64,000 nt of DNA from Carcharhinus amblyrhynchos (GCA_965287045.1 OZ336878.1:36642001-36706000); one strand, 5' to 3'; positions 1 to 14,443 are shown, counted from the stretch's first letter. Program-made: numbers and translations. The notes: generated from the sequence alone by a model not told the origin.

Positions 1-765
1 ATCTCATTGAGACGTATAAGATGATGAATGGGATGGATAGGATAGAGGTGGAGAGACTCTTCCCGCTCAAAAAAGACAGTAGGACTAGGGGGCACAGCCT
101 CAAGATAAAGGGGAGGCGGTTTAGAACGGAGTTGAGGAGGAACTTCTTCACTCAAAGGGTGGTGAATCTCTGGAATTCTCTGCCCGTTGAAGTGGTGGAG
201 GCTGCCTCGCTAAATATTTTTAAGAAGCGGGTTGATGGGTTTTTGATAAGAGAGGGGATTAAGGGTTATGGGGAGAGGGCGGGAAAGTGGAACTGAGCCA
301 CAACAGATCAGCCATGATCTTATTGAATGGCGGGGCAGGCTCGAAGGGCTAGTTGGCCTACTCCTGCTCCTATTTCTTATGTTCTTATGTTCTTATAAGA
401 TGATGAATGGGATGGATAGGATAGAGGTGGAGAGACTCTTCCCGCTCAAAAAAGACAGTAGGACTAGGGGGCACAGCCTCAAGATAAAGGGGGGGCGGTT
501 TAGAACGGAGTTGAGGAGGAACTTCTTCACTCAAAGGGTGGTGAATCTCTGGAATTCTCTGCCTGTTGAAGTGGTGGAGGCTGCCTCACTAAATATTTTT
601 AAGACGCGGGTTGATGGGTTTTTGATAAGAGAGGGGATTAAGGGTTATGGGGAGAGGGCGGGAAAGTGGAACTAAGCAGCGACAGATCAGCCATGATCTT
701 ATTGAATGGTGGGGCAGGCTCGAAGGGCTAGATGGCCTACTCCTGCTCCTATTTCTTATGTTCTT
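1..765 (+). mobile_element. Two head-to-tail 3' fragments of a young CR1 subfamily
   Basis: ORF2 C-terminus ...KGYGERAGKWN* occurs twice (ending 296 and 675), each followed by a 3' UTR with a (TTCTTATG)n tail. Confidence 0.9.
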
Positions 766-1006
766 AAGTGATGTGAAAAAAAGATTTTAATATCAAGGCA
801 TTGGCTAGATGAGGAACCCATGTAGGATCAGCAATCACAGGGCTGATAGAAGAATGGCAATTTAGGATACAACAGCATAGTTTTGATGAATTAGACTGGA
901 AGATAGAAGGCTAGTCAAGAGAACATTGAAATTATAACCTACAGATCTCAAAGGTATAGATACAGGTTTCAGCAAAAGATTAGCAGTGCCCTTTTTTTTA
1001 AGCTGA

Positions 1007-1278
1007 GATTCTTGGAATCTCTACAGTACAGAAGGAGGGCATTTGGCTCATCAAGACTGTATCAAACACAATCCCACCCAGGCCTTATTTACCTGCTAAT
1101 CCTCTTGACGTTAGGTCAATTTAGCATGGCCAATCAATCTAACCCATGCATTATGAACTATGGGAGAAAACCCATAGAGACACGGGGAGAAAGTGCAAAC
1201 TCCACACAGTGACCCAAGCCAGGAATTGAACCCAGGTCCCTGGCACAGACAGGCAGCAGTGCTAACCACTGTACCACC
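1007..1278 (-). mobile_element. HE1-type V-SINE
   Basis: tRNA-like head (ggtggtacagtggttagcactgctgcc), V-domain, CR1-like tail. Confidence 0.8.
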
Positions 1279-2397
1279 TGGTGGTGGCAAGGAGGGGAGG
1301 AATGAGGCAGATGATGTTACATCAATTGAAATTGGCATTCTTGGCTGTGATTGTCATCAATATGGTTGTGAAATGGAATGTTTTCAAATGATGTCATAAA
1401 AGGCAACACAGAAATGAGAGACCACAGAAAGAACAGATTGGTGAGGTCATGTCTGGACTATGTAGTTTTGGTCTCCTTATTTCAAGATAAATATAACTGC
1501 ATTAAGTAGTTCAGGGAAGATTCACTTGATGGTGAAGGATTTATCTTGTAAACAGGCAAGTAAGAGGTGATTTTTTTTCCAGCACTTTGTCTGAATTCTT
1601 ACCTTCAATAAAAATAACAGATGAAGAGAATATTTTTGAATCTGTTCAAGGCAGAGTTAGATGGAATCAAAGGATCATAAGAAGAGTCAGCATAGAATCA
1701 TTACAGCACAGGAGTCCACCATTTGGCCCACCATTTGTCCATGCTGGTTCTCCTAAGGATATATCATCATTCCCCTCTGCCGTCTCACCACATAACTACA
1801 GATAGACAGTAGCAAATGGAATTCAGTCTAGACATGAGGGGTGATGCATTTAGGGAGGTCAAACATGGCAAATGGACACACAATAACAAGGACACAGAAC
1901 CGCAGAGGAAATTAGGACTTTGGGAGTGCAATTATACTTGAAATATTAATTCTATTTCTCCTTCCAGAAATATTCCCAGATCTGCTAAGTCTCTCCAGTA
2001 CTTTATTTTTATTTTTGCTTTTATTGTATTAGGGAGTCAAGGGTTATGCGGGAGGTTGAGGGGGGTAAAAGAGGAGTAGAGCATAAGGGAAAGTGGAGTT
2101 GAAATCACAATCAGATCAGCTATGATCTTAACGGATGAAAGAGCAGACTTGAGGGCTGAATGGTCTACTCCTACTCCTAGATCCTCAAGGCACGCTAAAA
2201 GACAGTGATGTGGAACTATGGACCAGCAAATAAACAATATTTGATTTCAATCTGGATACTAAACCATGGAAGTTTTTCACCTAGATTAATAGCATTAGCT
2301 CAAAGGCAATAAAACCGTCTAATTTGTAGTAAAAATAAATGTTCCACACTAGAATTTTTCATGCAGATATGTTTTACAAATACAATGAAACATGTAC

Positions 2398-2527
2398 CAG
2401 CTGTTCCAGAAGAGAAGTTCGAAGATCAAGATCTAGCGTCCAGATATGCAGCCCACGGGATATCAAATGTGCAATTATTCCTGCGGCAAAGTAACTGACT
2501 TCCACTTCCTTGTTGTGTAGTAAAACA
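2398..2527 (-). CDS. ZYG11B: ZYG11B exon 12, 130 nt (remaining exons lie left of the window)
   Basis: (S)VLLHNKEVEVSYFAAGIIAHLISRGLHIWTLDLDLRTSLLEQL; ttttag / gtacat boundaries. Confidence 0.94.
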
Positions 2528-4189
2528 CTAAAACAGAACACAAAGTACATTACAGGAACAAAGTTTCTTCCTGAAGAATCTACTGAACAGAACAAAGACT
2601 ACACATCTCCAAGCAGAAAAAATTAAACTTCAGTAAATCTTTTACATAAGAAATTTTTAAGACTCAGAATCATCCTTGACACAGCTTCATTGATCTACAA
2701 TGGCCTCTCTCCCTCCCAAAATAATCAAATATACATATTTTCTTCTGCTCTTTAAATCTCTACATGGTTCCTCCCCACTCAGTTTTCAATGCCTTCCAAC
2801 TTTATAAACCCTCTGACCTGCAAAAACATTAATGTCTTTGCCTCTTACCTATCATCTTTCCTTCCTTTTATCCTTTCAAAAACACCAGTGGCTCTAGCTA
2901 TCTGGCTTCCATTCTTGAATTCCTTCACTAAATCGTTCCCTCTCCTTTAAAAACCTCAAAACATGCTTCTTTCCCAAGCTTTCAATCACTCATTCCCTCC
3001 CCTAAACTCACTGATGGCTTAATGTCAAGTTTTCCTAATGCCTGTGATGCACTGGGAGATTGATTTATTATAGGTGTTATACAAATGCAAATTATTAACA
3101 CTCTCATAAATGTTCAAATATATCACCGACTCTGAATTTGGGGGTCAAAATAAATCATAGAAACTATTTGAAATATAATTTTACTACTGGATTATACAAG
3201 GTTAAATGAACCAGTTTCAATTTTTGATCAAAATGAGTCAAAAATACATCCCACAATTGACTGTTGTAGAAGCATAAACTGTTGCTGAATTATTATTCCA
3301 CAGGAGCAACTAATAATTTCCAGAACCATCATATTTGAATGTTTCACCTCACTTCTAACCAAAACAAATATATAAACCTTTGTAACATCTGCCTGACAAG
3401 TAGCTGCTTATTTAAAAGGAAATAAAACCCACTTATAGACACAACAGATGCATCAGCACAACAGATAGTACAACATATCAAATTACAAGTTCATTCAAAT
3501 AATAGTGTTCATTTTTTTTTCAAGAGCATTAAACTTATTTTAAATAGCAAACATCACTGCTACCACCATCTCTTCCAAAAACAGTCCCATTTGTTTATTT
3601 ATTAGACTGAAGCAAACAAAATAAATGGACTTTGTTAGCAAAACTCAACATAACAAATTCTTTCCAATCCCCAAATATCCTTGCCTAACAGAGTTGGGCT
3701 TTAACAGTGTCTCTTATGGTCAGTTAGTGAACTTAAACCTCAACTATTACAACAGCATGCAACAAAAATGTTCAATTTCCCAATCTCTTTCCCTTATGCT
3801 TTCAATTTTCAAATTTCAATCTCCAATATATTAAAATCTTTAGTGCAACACATGCAGAAATTGCGCTATTTTAAAATTGTTAAATCACCCTAAGTTCACA
3901 GCTATGGTCAATTTCATTAGCAACAAAGTAAAGATCAAAATTTTGAAAATGTATGCACATTGTTCATTTCTAGTCAATTTAATTTTTTGGAAGTGATCAT
4001 ACATCCTAGTTTAAATGAGCAATGCAATCAGATCTTCCATAGCACTGCATGCTCAGCCTTAAAAAAATATTTTGAACATTTGGCAGGAACAATACTTCCT
4101 ACTCATTTCCTGCAGTTGCCTACCTGGATGACAATTATTCTCCAGAATCAAGAATTTTAAAACTGAATACTGGCAAAATAAATTACTAC

Positions 4190-4257
4190 CTGATATGTTC
4201 AATAAAGTTCTTCTTCATCAGTTGAGGGTGGAGTTCTTTTACTTCTGCTATGTTGTT
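4190..4257 (-). CDS. ZYG11B: ZYG11B exon 11, 68 nt
   Basis: NNIAEVKELHPQLMKKNFIEHI(S); ttttag / gtagta boundaries. Confidence 0.92.
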
Positions 4258-4755
4258 CTAAAACATAATCAAATATTTGAATGACTATTAGAAACTAAAT
4301 ATCTTAAACAGGAGTTTTTTTCCCTGCTAAGGACACGGCTCCCACCCCTCCCCAAATTATTTGGTCTTTTCTCTTATCCCCATCCACCCATTCCAAACTG
4401 ACTGTAGGAAAGAAGCACATGGCTGAAGACAACCTGCACCCAGCTCTTTAGCGGTAGTCTATTCCAGTGTACTTCTGCTTCAATTCTTTCTACCTGTTCC
4501 GGGTAAATACTGGCCTGTGCAAGACAATCGCCCATGAAGCAAAGATCTAGAACGAATTGCGTGTGGCATCTTTAGTGTAAACTTGCGGAGCAGGCTCGAA
4601 GGGCTGAATTTGCCTACTTCTGCTCCTAATTCCTAAACCCATATTTTGTCACTCAGATGTGCAACTTCACATCTTTTGATGATAAGCTGCATCATATTGC
4701 GCTACAGTATGCCACTCAGCAAACATTATCTTCATAACACACCAAGTTTACTCAC

Positions 4756-4803
4756 CAACAAACCCAGAACCTTCTGCTGGATGGATGGTTCACTCGGAAA
4801 GGA
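4756..4803 (-). CDS. ZYG11B: ZYG11B exon 10, 48 nt
   Basis: SFPSEPSIQQKVLGLL; ttccag / gtgagt boundaries. Confidence 0.93.
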
Positions 4804-5528
4804 CTGGAAATACAACAGTAGGTCATTAATGTACTGTTAGGTACTTTAAAAAACTTAATGAAAAGGAAATTTCGTAGAAATATTGAATTCTGCAGCACAG
4901 AATCAGGAAATTCAGTCCATCTCATTTATGCTGCCTGTCTAACAGAACTATTGATAACTATTGCTGTCATTTCTTTATATCCTTTAAGAATCAATCCATA
5001 CCTCTCTGAGAATCCATTATAGATCCTTCCTCAGCTGCGTATTCCTCATTTAAAATCTCATCCCTGAAAGATGCACTCAAAAAATGCATTGTATTTTACC
5101 AAGGAACAAAGGAAGACTCATTAGGTGCATCCAAAGAAATAGTTTAGTTTTATTCCAAGAAACAAAGAAAAACTGATAACAGCAAAGAGCAATTCCACCC
5201 AGATGGACAGTTTGCAGTTTCTCCCTCTCCCCCCATCCACTGTGCTACTTAGTTTTTATTTTTCTACATATCATCTGTAATTAGAAATACATAATGTATG
5301 TTTAGGCAATATAACATGGTGACATTTGCTGCCTTCTGATCAGACAGGAAATATAGTGACCATATATATATCACTAACAACTAATCTATGGGTTATCAGA
5401 ACATGATTTTGCTAATTCACCACAGCAGGTAATAAATGATGCAAGTTGCAGTTTGTAGGAGTCATTTAAACACTTACCAAACAATTTAAATGAGAAAAAA
5501 AAAGTGGAGAACCTCTTATTCATAATAT

Positions 5529-5805
5529 GGGCGGCACAGTGGCAAGCACTGCTGTCTCATGGGGCCAGGAACCCAGGGACCCAGGTTTGATTCCTGGCTT
5601 GGGCCACTGTCTGTGCAAAGTTTGCATGTTCTCCCTACGTCAGCAGGGTTTCCTTTGAGTGCTCCGGTTTCCTCCTGCAGTCCGAGAGACATGCATTCTC
5701 AGTGTACCTGAACAGGTGCTGGAGTGTGGCGACTAGGGGATTTCCACAGTAACTTCATTGCAGTATTAATGCAAGCTTATTTGAGACTAATAAATAAACT
5801 TTAAT
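5529..5805 (+). mobile_element. V-SINE with alternative tail
   Basis: gggcggcacagtgg head, V-domain, tail cagtaacttcattgcag...taataaataaacttt. Confidence 0.75.
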
Positions 5806-6747
5806 TTTAGGATGTGCGGTTAATACATTAAATTGGCCTTGGTGGATGTTGTGGATTCCGTAGTGCTATTCGAAGATTGGTGGGTTTTCTCAGTTCAACC
5901 AGTTATTGCATTTCAAAGTATGTGAAACATCTGAGATCTACTCTCCCTACTCTTCAAGTTAATATCTTATTTAAGTTACAGAAAAGCACAGCCACATAAA
6001 TCCTTCTCTCTTTTCTACATTGAATAATTCTACAACCAAGATGGACATACACTCGCTCCCAATGCCAACATTTTATAGTCATAATATCCTGAGCAACAGC
6101 AACCCTAGTACAATTCTTGTTTCACAAGAAGAAACCTCTTGCCTGCACTCGTTGCTTGTCTCAAATAACTTGAAGTAAATAACAAACCAGGCACAATAGA
6201 ACTGCACATAGAAATTTTGGCTCACAACTTAAAAATACATTGTAAATACGCACACCAACACGTTAAGGCACTGTACTAAGCCAAATTGTTTTTTTTTTCC
6301 ATGACTGCAGCTGAAGACATCTTACTGTATATAAAAACCCAGACTACCATCAAAATTTAAAGTCTTTAATGGTATCGTGTGTTGATGTTTGATATGCATA
6401 GGTTTTCATCTTTAGGTTACAAACAACAAATTAATATAGCTTTTACAATAACAGACTTAATTTGAGTCACAATAACTGCCTCTTTCTTCATTGATTTCAC
6501 CAAGAGGTAGTTCAAAATTAGCACTCAGTGTGGTCCAGAATAAAGAGAGATCTGATGACCCTGGAATTCCCCCAAGACTATACTTCTAAATCCTGTACCA
6601 TCAAATGGGAGAGGAGATTAGATATTCCATCAAAAACACTCTTGGTGGAGACAGAAATCCGTTGAAAAGCTGTTTCATGAGGACGCCTGGGAGATACTAT
6701 GGAGGAGAATTGGGGTAAAGACAATATGGATGAGGTGGAGCAGATTA

Positions 6748-7005
<258 letters not shown>

Positions 7006-7289
7006 CTATAAAAATAGAAAGAGAAAGTTAGAAAAGAGAGCATGTAGTCCACGATGTTTTATGCAAGTATGAGCAAATATCAATAAGCTGTAAAAGTCTT
7101 ATTTTTAAAGAGAAAGACAGATGGAAGTGGGACCTGCAATTTCCATCAGTGGAACACCAATCTCTCAGCCAATGGACAACAACTGAAGTCTGAGAACTGT
7201 CTCACTCAGATCTAACAGTGCTGTGCATCTAGTAGGCTGGAACTCTTCAATTGTGTAATGGTGTATCTTTCATAAAGTGAAAAGACAAA

Positions 7290-7965
7290 TGTGCATTTTC
7301 ACTGTGCCTTTCATGATCTCAGGATGTTCAAATGTTCTATACAGTCAATAAGATCACTCTGGCAAGCAGCATGTTTTACATTATTTTTGTAAATTTGCTG
7401 CTGCAATGCGATAACAACCAGGAAATTTTGTGATGTTAGCAGGGGGTTAAATATTGGCCCAAACTCGAGGATTTTTTTTAAACTAGCACCATGAGATCTT
7501 CCAATTCCATCAAAAATATTTTAAAGTTTATTTATTAGTGTCACAAGTAGGCTTACATTAACACTGCAATGAAGTTACTGTGAAAATCCTCTAGTAGCCA
7601 CACTCTAGCACCTGTTTGGGTACATGGAGGAAGAATTTAGCATAGCCAATGCACTGAACCAGACTTTGGGAGGAAACCAGAGCACCCAGAGGAAACCCAT
7701 GCAGACTCTGCACAGACAGTGACCCAAGCCAGGAATCGAGCCTGGGTCTCTGGCGCTGTGAGGCAGCAGTGCTCACATTGATCTCATCCCATCTGGGTGG
7801 CACAAATTTAACATTTCATTTGCTGCACCAAAGGCAGTGCAGCACATCCTCAGCGCTGGAGTGTCAGTCTAGACTTTTTTCATTCAAGTCTCTGGAGTGG
7901 AATTTGGACTCTCAATCTTCCAACACAAGAGGAATGGATGCTACCAACCAAGCCATGGCTGAAAA
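7290..7965 (-). mobile_element. DeuSINE (SacSINE1-like) remnant
   Basis: Minus strand shows a tRNA-like head, ...cagcgctgaggatgtgctgcactgcc..., and Deu-domain-like gatctcatggtgcta. Confidence 0.55.
7519..7775 (-). mobile_element. V-SINE with alternative tail, nested in a DeuSINE
   Basis: Reverse complement of the 5529 element type. Confidence 0.75.
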
Positions 7966-8261
7966 ATGAGTCCAAGAATCACTTCTTGTTTTAATAGTGA
8001 TTGTAAAGCAGCCTAGACCTACTCTAGCACAGACTGATTTAGCATCTGGATCTTTTTACAAGAAACCTATATCACATGAATGTATGTGAATAAACAAACA
8101 TTAACTTTGAGAAAACAGATTAGGTACACGCATGTAAATCCTAATGCTCAAAGTCCAAAACAAAACTGACAGATACACTGGGATAGTGTTTCTGCTGAAC
8201 ATAATCATATAACTTTCTTCTTTGCAATAAAAAGATGAATTTATGTATTTAAGAGTGGTAA

Positions 8262-8561
8262 TGCTTCTTGGCCTTTTGGCTAAGATCAAGTGCAGTATCG
8301 TCATGCTGTACTTGGTTGAAGTCATTAGGTTACATTTTAGCTTCATTTGAAGCAATTTTTAAAAGCTGCATCTCGGCCTTCTGGCTAAGATGCAAATGAG
8401 ATCAAGCCTTGGAGGAGGTGCAATGCCGACTCCAATCAGCTTGGATCATGTAGATCAAGCCAAAGACAAGAGGTGAGAGCCCTGTCTTGTCAGTTTGGAT
8501 CGGGAATGTCTCACTAGTTGAGACTCTAAATTGAACTTGATTAAATGGATATATAAACAAA
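8262..8561 (+). mobile_element. U2 snRNA-derived retroposed element (SINEU-like)
   Basis: U2 5' end match at 8262-8299, second U2 5' stem copy at 8368-8391, A-rich tail, 11-bp TSD AAGAGTGGTAA (8251-8261, 8562-8572). Confidence 0.75.
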
Positions 8562-8964
8562 AAGAGTGGTAACTAGTATAGTTTTATTACAGTTGAAAAT
8601 GGGTTCCCACCAAAAATAAGAATTTCTAATTTCCTCGTGGGGCAATTTGCTAGTACTATTGAGGAGGATTTAAACTAACATGACAGGATGTGGAAAACAG
8701 GATGTAGTATTAGACCGTTGTTTTCTAATGTGTTAATCTGGGTGAATTGATTCTTAAACTAGTATACAAGATTGCAGTAAAAAAAGTGATATTGATGATA
8801 ACTCGCATTTAAAGTTCCTTGATCTTCTGTGAAGGTTTGACCAATTGCACAGGTTTATGGTGATATTACTAGGTGTAAACAAGTGGAAACTACACTGAAC
8901 GGGCAATCAGAGATTTCTTTTTTTAAAAATAGCACAGTGGGAGCAAAGGAATACAAAAGGTTAC

Positions 8965-9015
8965 CTTAACAATGAAGAGCTCAGTACCAAGTTGCGCTGT
9001 CTGTTCTGTGGAAAG
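8965..9015 (-). CDS. ZYG11B: ZYG11B exon 8, 51 nt
   Basis: LSTEQTAQLGTELFIVK; ttgcag / gtaacc boundaries. Confidence 0.93.
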
Positions 9016-10650
9016 CTGCAAAACAAAGTTTATTCAAAAATGACGATGAGTTGAGAATGTTTTGTGATGCATTCAAATTATTATTGAAGACCACATGAGA
9101 TGTTACACTATCTTTTCACTTCTAAGATCCCAGATCAAAACGAGCCCAGAGTGATGGGGGGTTGGAACCACTTTCCCCCCACTGGCTGTTAACTGTAAAC
9201 ATTTCAACTCGATGTCTCAGTCCATTTCTTAACTAGGGCAGATCTTCACTACCCACAATCAGTAACCAATCGAAAATTTCACTCCGACAAGCTAGCAGAA
9301 TAGCAAGTGTGAAACAGAAAATAAAAATCACATTATTACAATAGGAAATGTTCTCTGGCCACAAAAGCAGAAGTTGCTGGAAATACTCTTGCAAGATTTT
9401 GATTCTACTACTAATTTTGGGTTTTATGTTGGTTTGAATTTATTGATTTTTTTCTTGATTATTTTTTCAACAGTTGTTTGAATTTCTATTAATGAGACAC
9501 TTTACAATTAAGGCAGTTGTATAAAGGTATCAGAAAGTCTGGGTTCAAGGAATTTTGTGCGTTTCGATTACACAGTGCAATGGAGGGGCTTCTTTGTCAG
9601 CTTTGAAGAAATAACAAAAAGGCTCGAGTTCAGCAGCTCTAACTTAGTGTGATCACTCGTCTTTAAACAAAACTATTATTTATTACGTACAATTGATTAA
9701 CCACATCTGTAGGGCAAAACATGTATATTGGAGGAAAATTTTTCAATATTTGCTCTTAATAGTTTTAGTAACCACAGGATTTTGGTTAAAATATGTTGAT
9801 GTAGATAGTTTACAGTAGGTTGTGTTATTGATAAGAGGATGTAACTCTGATCTGTATCTACAAGGATATGTCATTTGTTCATAATGGAATATACCTCTGT
9901 GGGCCTAGGAAATAAGGGAAGGACATTGGTCTTCAGTTTACAGTGTCTAGTTAGAGGTGGGGTAACACCAGATGACCCACAAGAAGCATTAATTTGAACT
10001 ATTTCCAAATAAGGGATGAGCAGTAAGGACAAAAATTGGAAAATCAATATCTTAATTGGTATACAGTTTTACTATGGCTTCTGCGGTATGATTCTTCTGA
10101 AATACAATTAATCATATTGTCACTTCAGATACAGAGGAAAGGCATCACCTGTACTGGTAGCACTTGAGGAATCCGGTACTTATATTTTGTCTTTATTGCT
10201 TTTTGTGAAGTAGAATTTATTAAGCAGGATTTTACATATTTTTTTTCATAAATACTATTTATTCATAACTTGTTAGGTCAGGCACAAATGAGGAACACAA
10301 TGTTAAATGTTAGGATTTGTAACTTAGATATTTTAATGAAAACGGTTACATCTCAAAACCTCCATTCAGCAGGTCTGGCAGCATTTGTGGAGAGAGAAAA
10401 CCAGAGGAAATGATTCCAACATTCCCACAGTTTCTCTCTCCATAGCAGCTGTGGGATCTGTTGATTATTTCCAGGATTTTCTGTTTTTATTTCAGATTTC
10501 CAGTGTCCGCGGTATTTTGCTTTGGACAAACTTAAGCAGATGTTGAAGGAGACGATAGAGAACTTTATTTTTCATCTAGATTTATGCAGGAAAAAAAAGG
10601 GAAAATATTCTCAGCACTAACAATCTTTACTTGGTTAATGTAAAGCATCA

Positions 10651-10884
<234 letters not shown>

Positions 10885-11859
10885 CTACAATGAGTATTTC
10901 ACATTGTCCTGCTAACCATACAACATATTTTCATGTTCCTCACTTGAATTTGCTATTTGCCTCCCTCAATGCTCACGTTTCTTGTCTTTTCATTATTCTT
11001 TAGTTCAGTTTTCAGTGGAGATGAGCTTTACTGGTCTACATTTCCTGACTTTCATATACATTTCTTAAGGAGAAGTTATGTCTAAAATCAACTTACTAAC
11101 AAAGCACTTAACGCGCATTCTTATTTCATCAATAATATTCCAGCTCTATTCCACTGAATTTTTTAATTGTTTTGTTATTATTATTTTGCTTTTTTTTATT
11201 TTACTTATCCCAGCCTTTTACGTCTGCATAGATGTACGTACATACTACTGAGAAAGCCAGATATTTATTAAGATGGGACATCCATTTCTGGATCTGTGTG
11301 CTTGGAGTGACTCCCAGATCTTCACTTAGATCAGGAACCTAATGGATATAGGACATGATGTTTAACCTACAGCATTCCTCATGAGGCTTGTTGTAGCTTT
11401 TAATTTTTTAAATTTTGAGGGTTTGAAGTTTTTGATAGGGTTCCTTTTGGCATTAATGAATCAATGGCGATAAATTCTAAATCAAAACACTGGTCTATCA
11501 GTGCCTGGAACTTGATATTTATACACATATTGCAGTATCTTTCAGTCTTAGCTCTAAATAAGCTACTTGTTAGTAACAGCTATACAGTTTGTTGTTTCGA
11601 TGGCTAGTAAGAACTGGTTTCCTGGTAAACAACTGCCCAACTCTGGCCTCTGGAATTTCAGCTAGTGTAAATACAGAAGGTTTGGCTAACACATGAACAT
11701 TAGTAATTTGCACCTGATTTCCATTGCGCCAAAGGGTCAGTGAACCCTTACTTGGGTTATGCTGGCGTAGTGAGTGGGGGGGAACAATCCCAAATGGGAT
11801 TCTCACCAGCTCAAATCATGTTTGGCCTGTCTTGCGCTATTCTCCTGCTATAATTTGCA

Positions 11860-14260
11860 TGGGGATGTGTAGGACCAGATAATCACTCTTGTTGTTGACC
11901 ATGACTGGGAACTGAATATTCAAAAATTTTTGACATTTCAGAAAGATAGGAAGAAATGACAAGGTGGTGGGGTATTTTAGTCAATAAAGTGGGAAATGAT
12001 CTTGGCTCAGAAGATTAAGATGTATAAATTAGTTTGGATGGAGAGAAAGAATAGCAAGGGAAAGAAATCACTGACAGTATCTACACTGTAGGACAAAATA
12101 TCAACAAATAATGAAGGTATGCAAAATGGGTACTGCAGGAATATTGCACCATCCGTGGCTAAATAGTTCAGGATGATAGCAAACTGAAAGAAAATGGTAA
12201 AATGCTGCAAATTTCACTACGTTAGCTGCTTGGGAAAATTTTAGAAACCAGGAAAGGGAGATTAAAAAAGAAATAAAATGACAGCAAACCAGCAAAAAGA
12301 GTTCCAAAAACACAAAAGGAAGAGTAGCTGAAGTCAGTATTGATCCTGTGGGAGGATAAGAAAGGCAATTAATAACAGGAAACAAGGAAAATGGCAGAGA
12401 CATTGAATTAGTATTTTGTCTGTCTTCATGTCAGAAGACACAAAAAGCATCCCAATAATAAATCACAAAAATCAAGGGGCAAAACAGAGGGTGAAACTTA
12501 AAGTAATCATGATCACTGGAGAAAAAAGTACTAGGGAAGCTAATGGGACTAAGGTTGATAAATTCCTAGATCTTCTGGCCTGCATCCAAGAATCTTAAAA
12601 CAAGTGGCAGCAGAGATATTGGATGCATTGGTTGGGAATTTCCAAAATTCCAGATTTTGGGAAGTCCCAGCAGATTGGAAAGCTGTAAATGTAACACCTT
12701 TTTCAAATCTCGCTAGGAAGGAAGGCAGAAAACTAAAGGAAGTTACCCTAGCTGAAATTTGCACATATTTTAAATGAAGGAGGTTGAGTGAGTTGGGAGA
12801 TTCCTGAATTGAACTATCTGCCTTGGTGGCAGATCCCAAGAATCAGCAAAGAGATAAGTAGGTTAAGCAGGCAGCAAAAATTTGGCAGATGGAGTGCAAG
12901 ATGAGGTTGTCCATATTGGCAAGAAGAACAGAAATGCAGTATATTATTAAAATGGAGGGGGGAAGATTGCAGAATGATTCAGTCAAGGGGGATCTGGGTG
13001 TCCTTGTACATAAATGACAAGTTAGCATGCAGGTACAGCAATTAGAATGGAAAAATGGAACATTAGTCTACCCTCTTGTAATAAAAGCCAAAAAGGTAGG
13101 AGGTCTTCCTACCACTGCAGGAGTATTTGTTGAACTGCATTTAGAGTATGCCATACAGTTTTGATCTCTTTACTTAAGACACGATATACTTCCATTTAAA
13201 GCATTTCAGAGAAGGTTCACTAGGTTGTTTCCTGGGTTGCCTGAGGAGGAAAGATTAAGCAGTTTGGGCCTGTACTCATTGCAATTTAGAAGAAAAAGAG
13301 ATGAACTTTTTAAAAAATATAACATTCTAAAGGATCTTACAAGGAGGAAGTTTATTTTACTTGGAGGGTATAGTTTAAAAATAAGGGGTCTCTCATTTAA
13401 GATGAGGCAGGAGAGTGGAGTTCAGGCCACAGTCAAGTCAGCCACAATCATGTGGAATGGTAAACAAGCACAAGGCATCAAAAACCCTGCTCTAATTGCT
13501 TATATTCTCTCACCAAAAGTTAAATAAAGCAAGACTTTTTTAAAAATTCCTGATGTGCATTCGATAAAGGAACAGTTTGTCACTCAAAATTAATGCATTC
13601 AGGTCTCAGAAACCTTCATTTCTGCTATAAACAAAAGGACACCAACATTATTATTTTTAAATTTAGTGCTACCAATCCATTCTTGTTCCATAAATAGATT
13701 TAAAGGAAGTTATGTAACCTTGCACAAAACACTGGTACATCTCAATTGAAGCATTACATCCAATTCTGGGTACCACATTTAGGAAGAATGTGAAAACATT
13801 AGAGACTTGAAAAGATTAAAGGGAATAGTTCCAGGAACGATGAATTTCAGTTACGTAGATAGACTGGGGAAGTTGGACTGTTCTCCTAGGAGCGAAGCAT
13901 GACAGGAGATCTGAGAGATACTCAATATCATGAGAGATCTGGATATAATGGGTAGGGAAAAACTATTCTCATTGGTAGAAGATTCGAGATCCAGAGGTCA
14001 CAGATTTAAAGGTATCTATAAAAGAAGCAATGGCAACATGAAGAAAAGCTTTTTACACATCTATTGGTTAGAATCTGGAATGCATTGCCAAGAGAATGTT
14101 GTGGAGGTAGAGTCAAGTGAGACTTTTAAAAGGGAATGGATCATTATCTGAAAAGGACGAATTTTCAGGGATTCAAGGAAAAGGTAGGGAATGAGACTAG
14201 GTGAACAGCTCCTTCACAGAGCCGAAGACAACAGTTCAAATGGTTTCCTTCTGTGCTTTA
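11860..14260 (+). mobile_element. Old degenerate CR1 fragments
   Basis: Frameshifted EN/RT-like peptides and CR1 3' UTR remnants. Confidence 0.65.
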
Positions 14261-14443
14261 AGCATTTTAAATAATTTTATGAAAAATTTCAGATCTTGCA
14301 GAACATGGGTCTTGATACACAATTAAATGGGATAAATCTCAGATTTTGATTGATATTAATTTTAACACGTTACTCATTATGCACAAGAGGCATTTGCCCA
14401 TGTTTTAAGCAAAATTTCAGCCCCCACATTTACCACAAAATAA

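Noticed and set aside
8262-8299. Functional U2 snRNA gene
   Set aside because: Only fragments match, the branch-point recognition sequence is altered (GCAGTA), the Sm site and 3' stems are missing, and it is flanked by a TSD.
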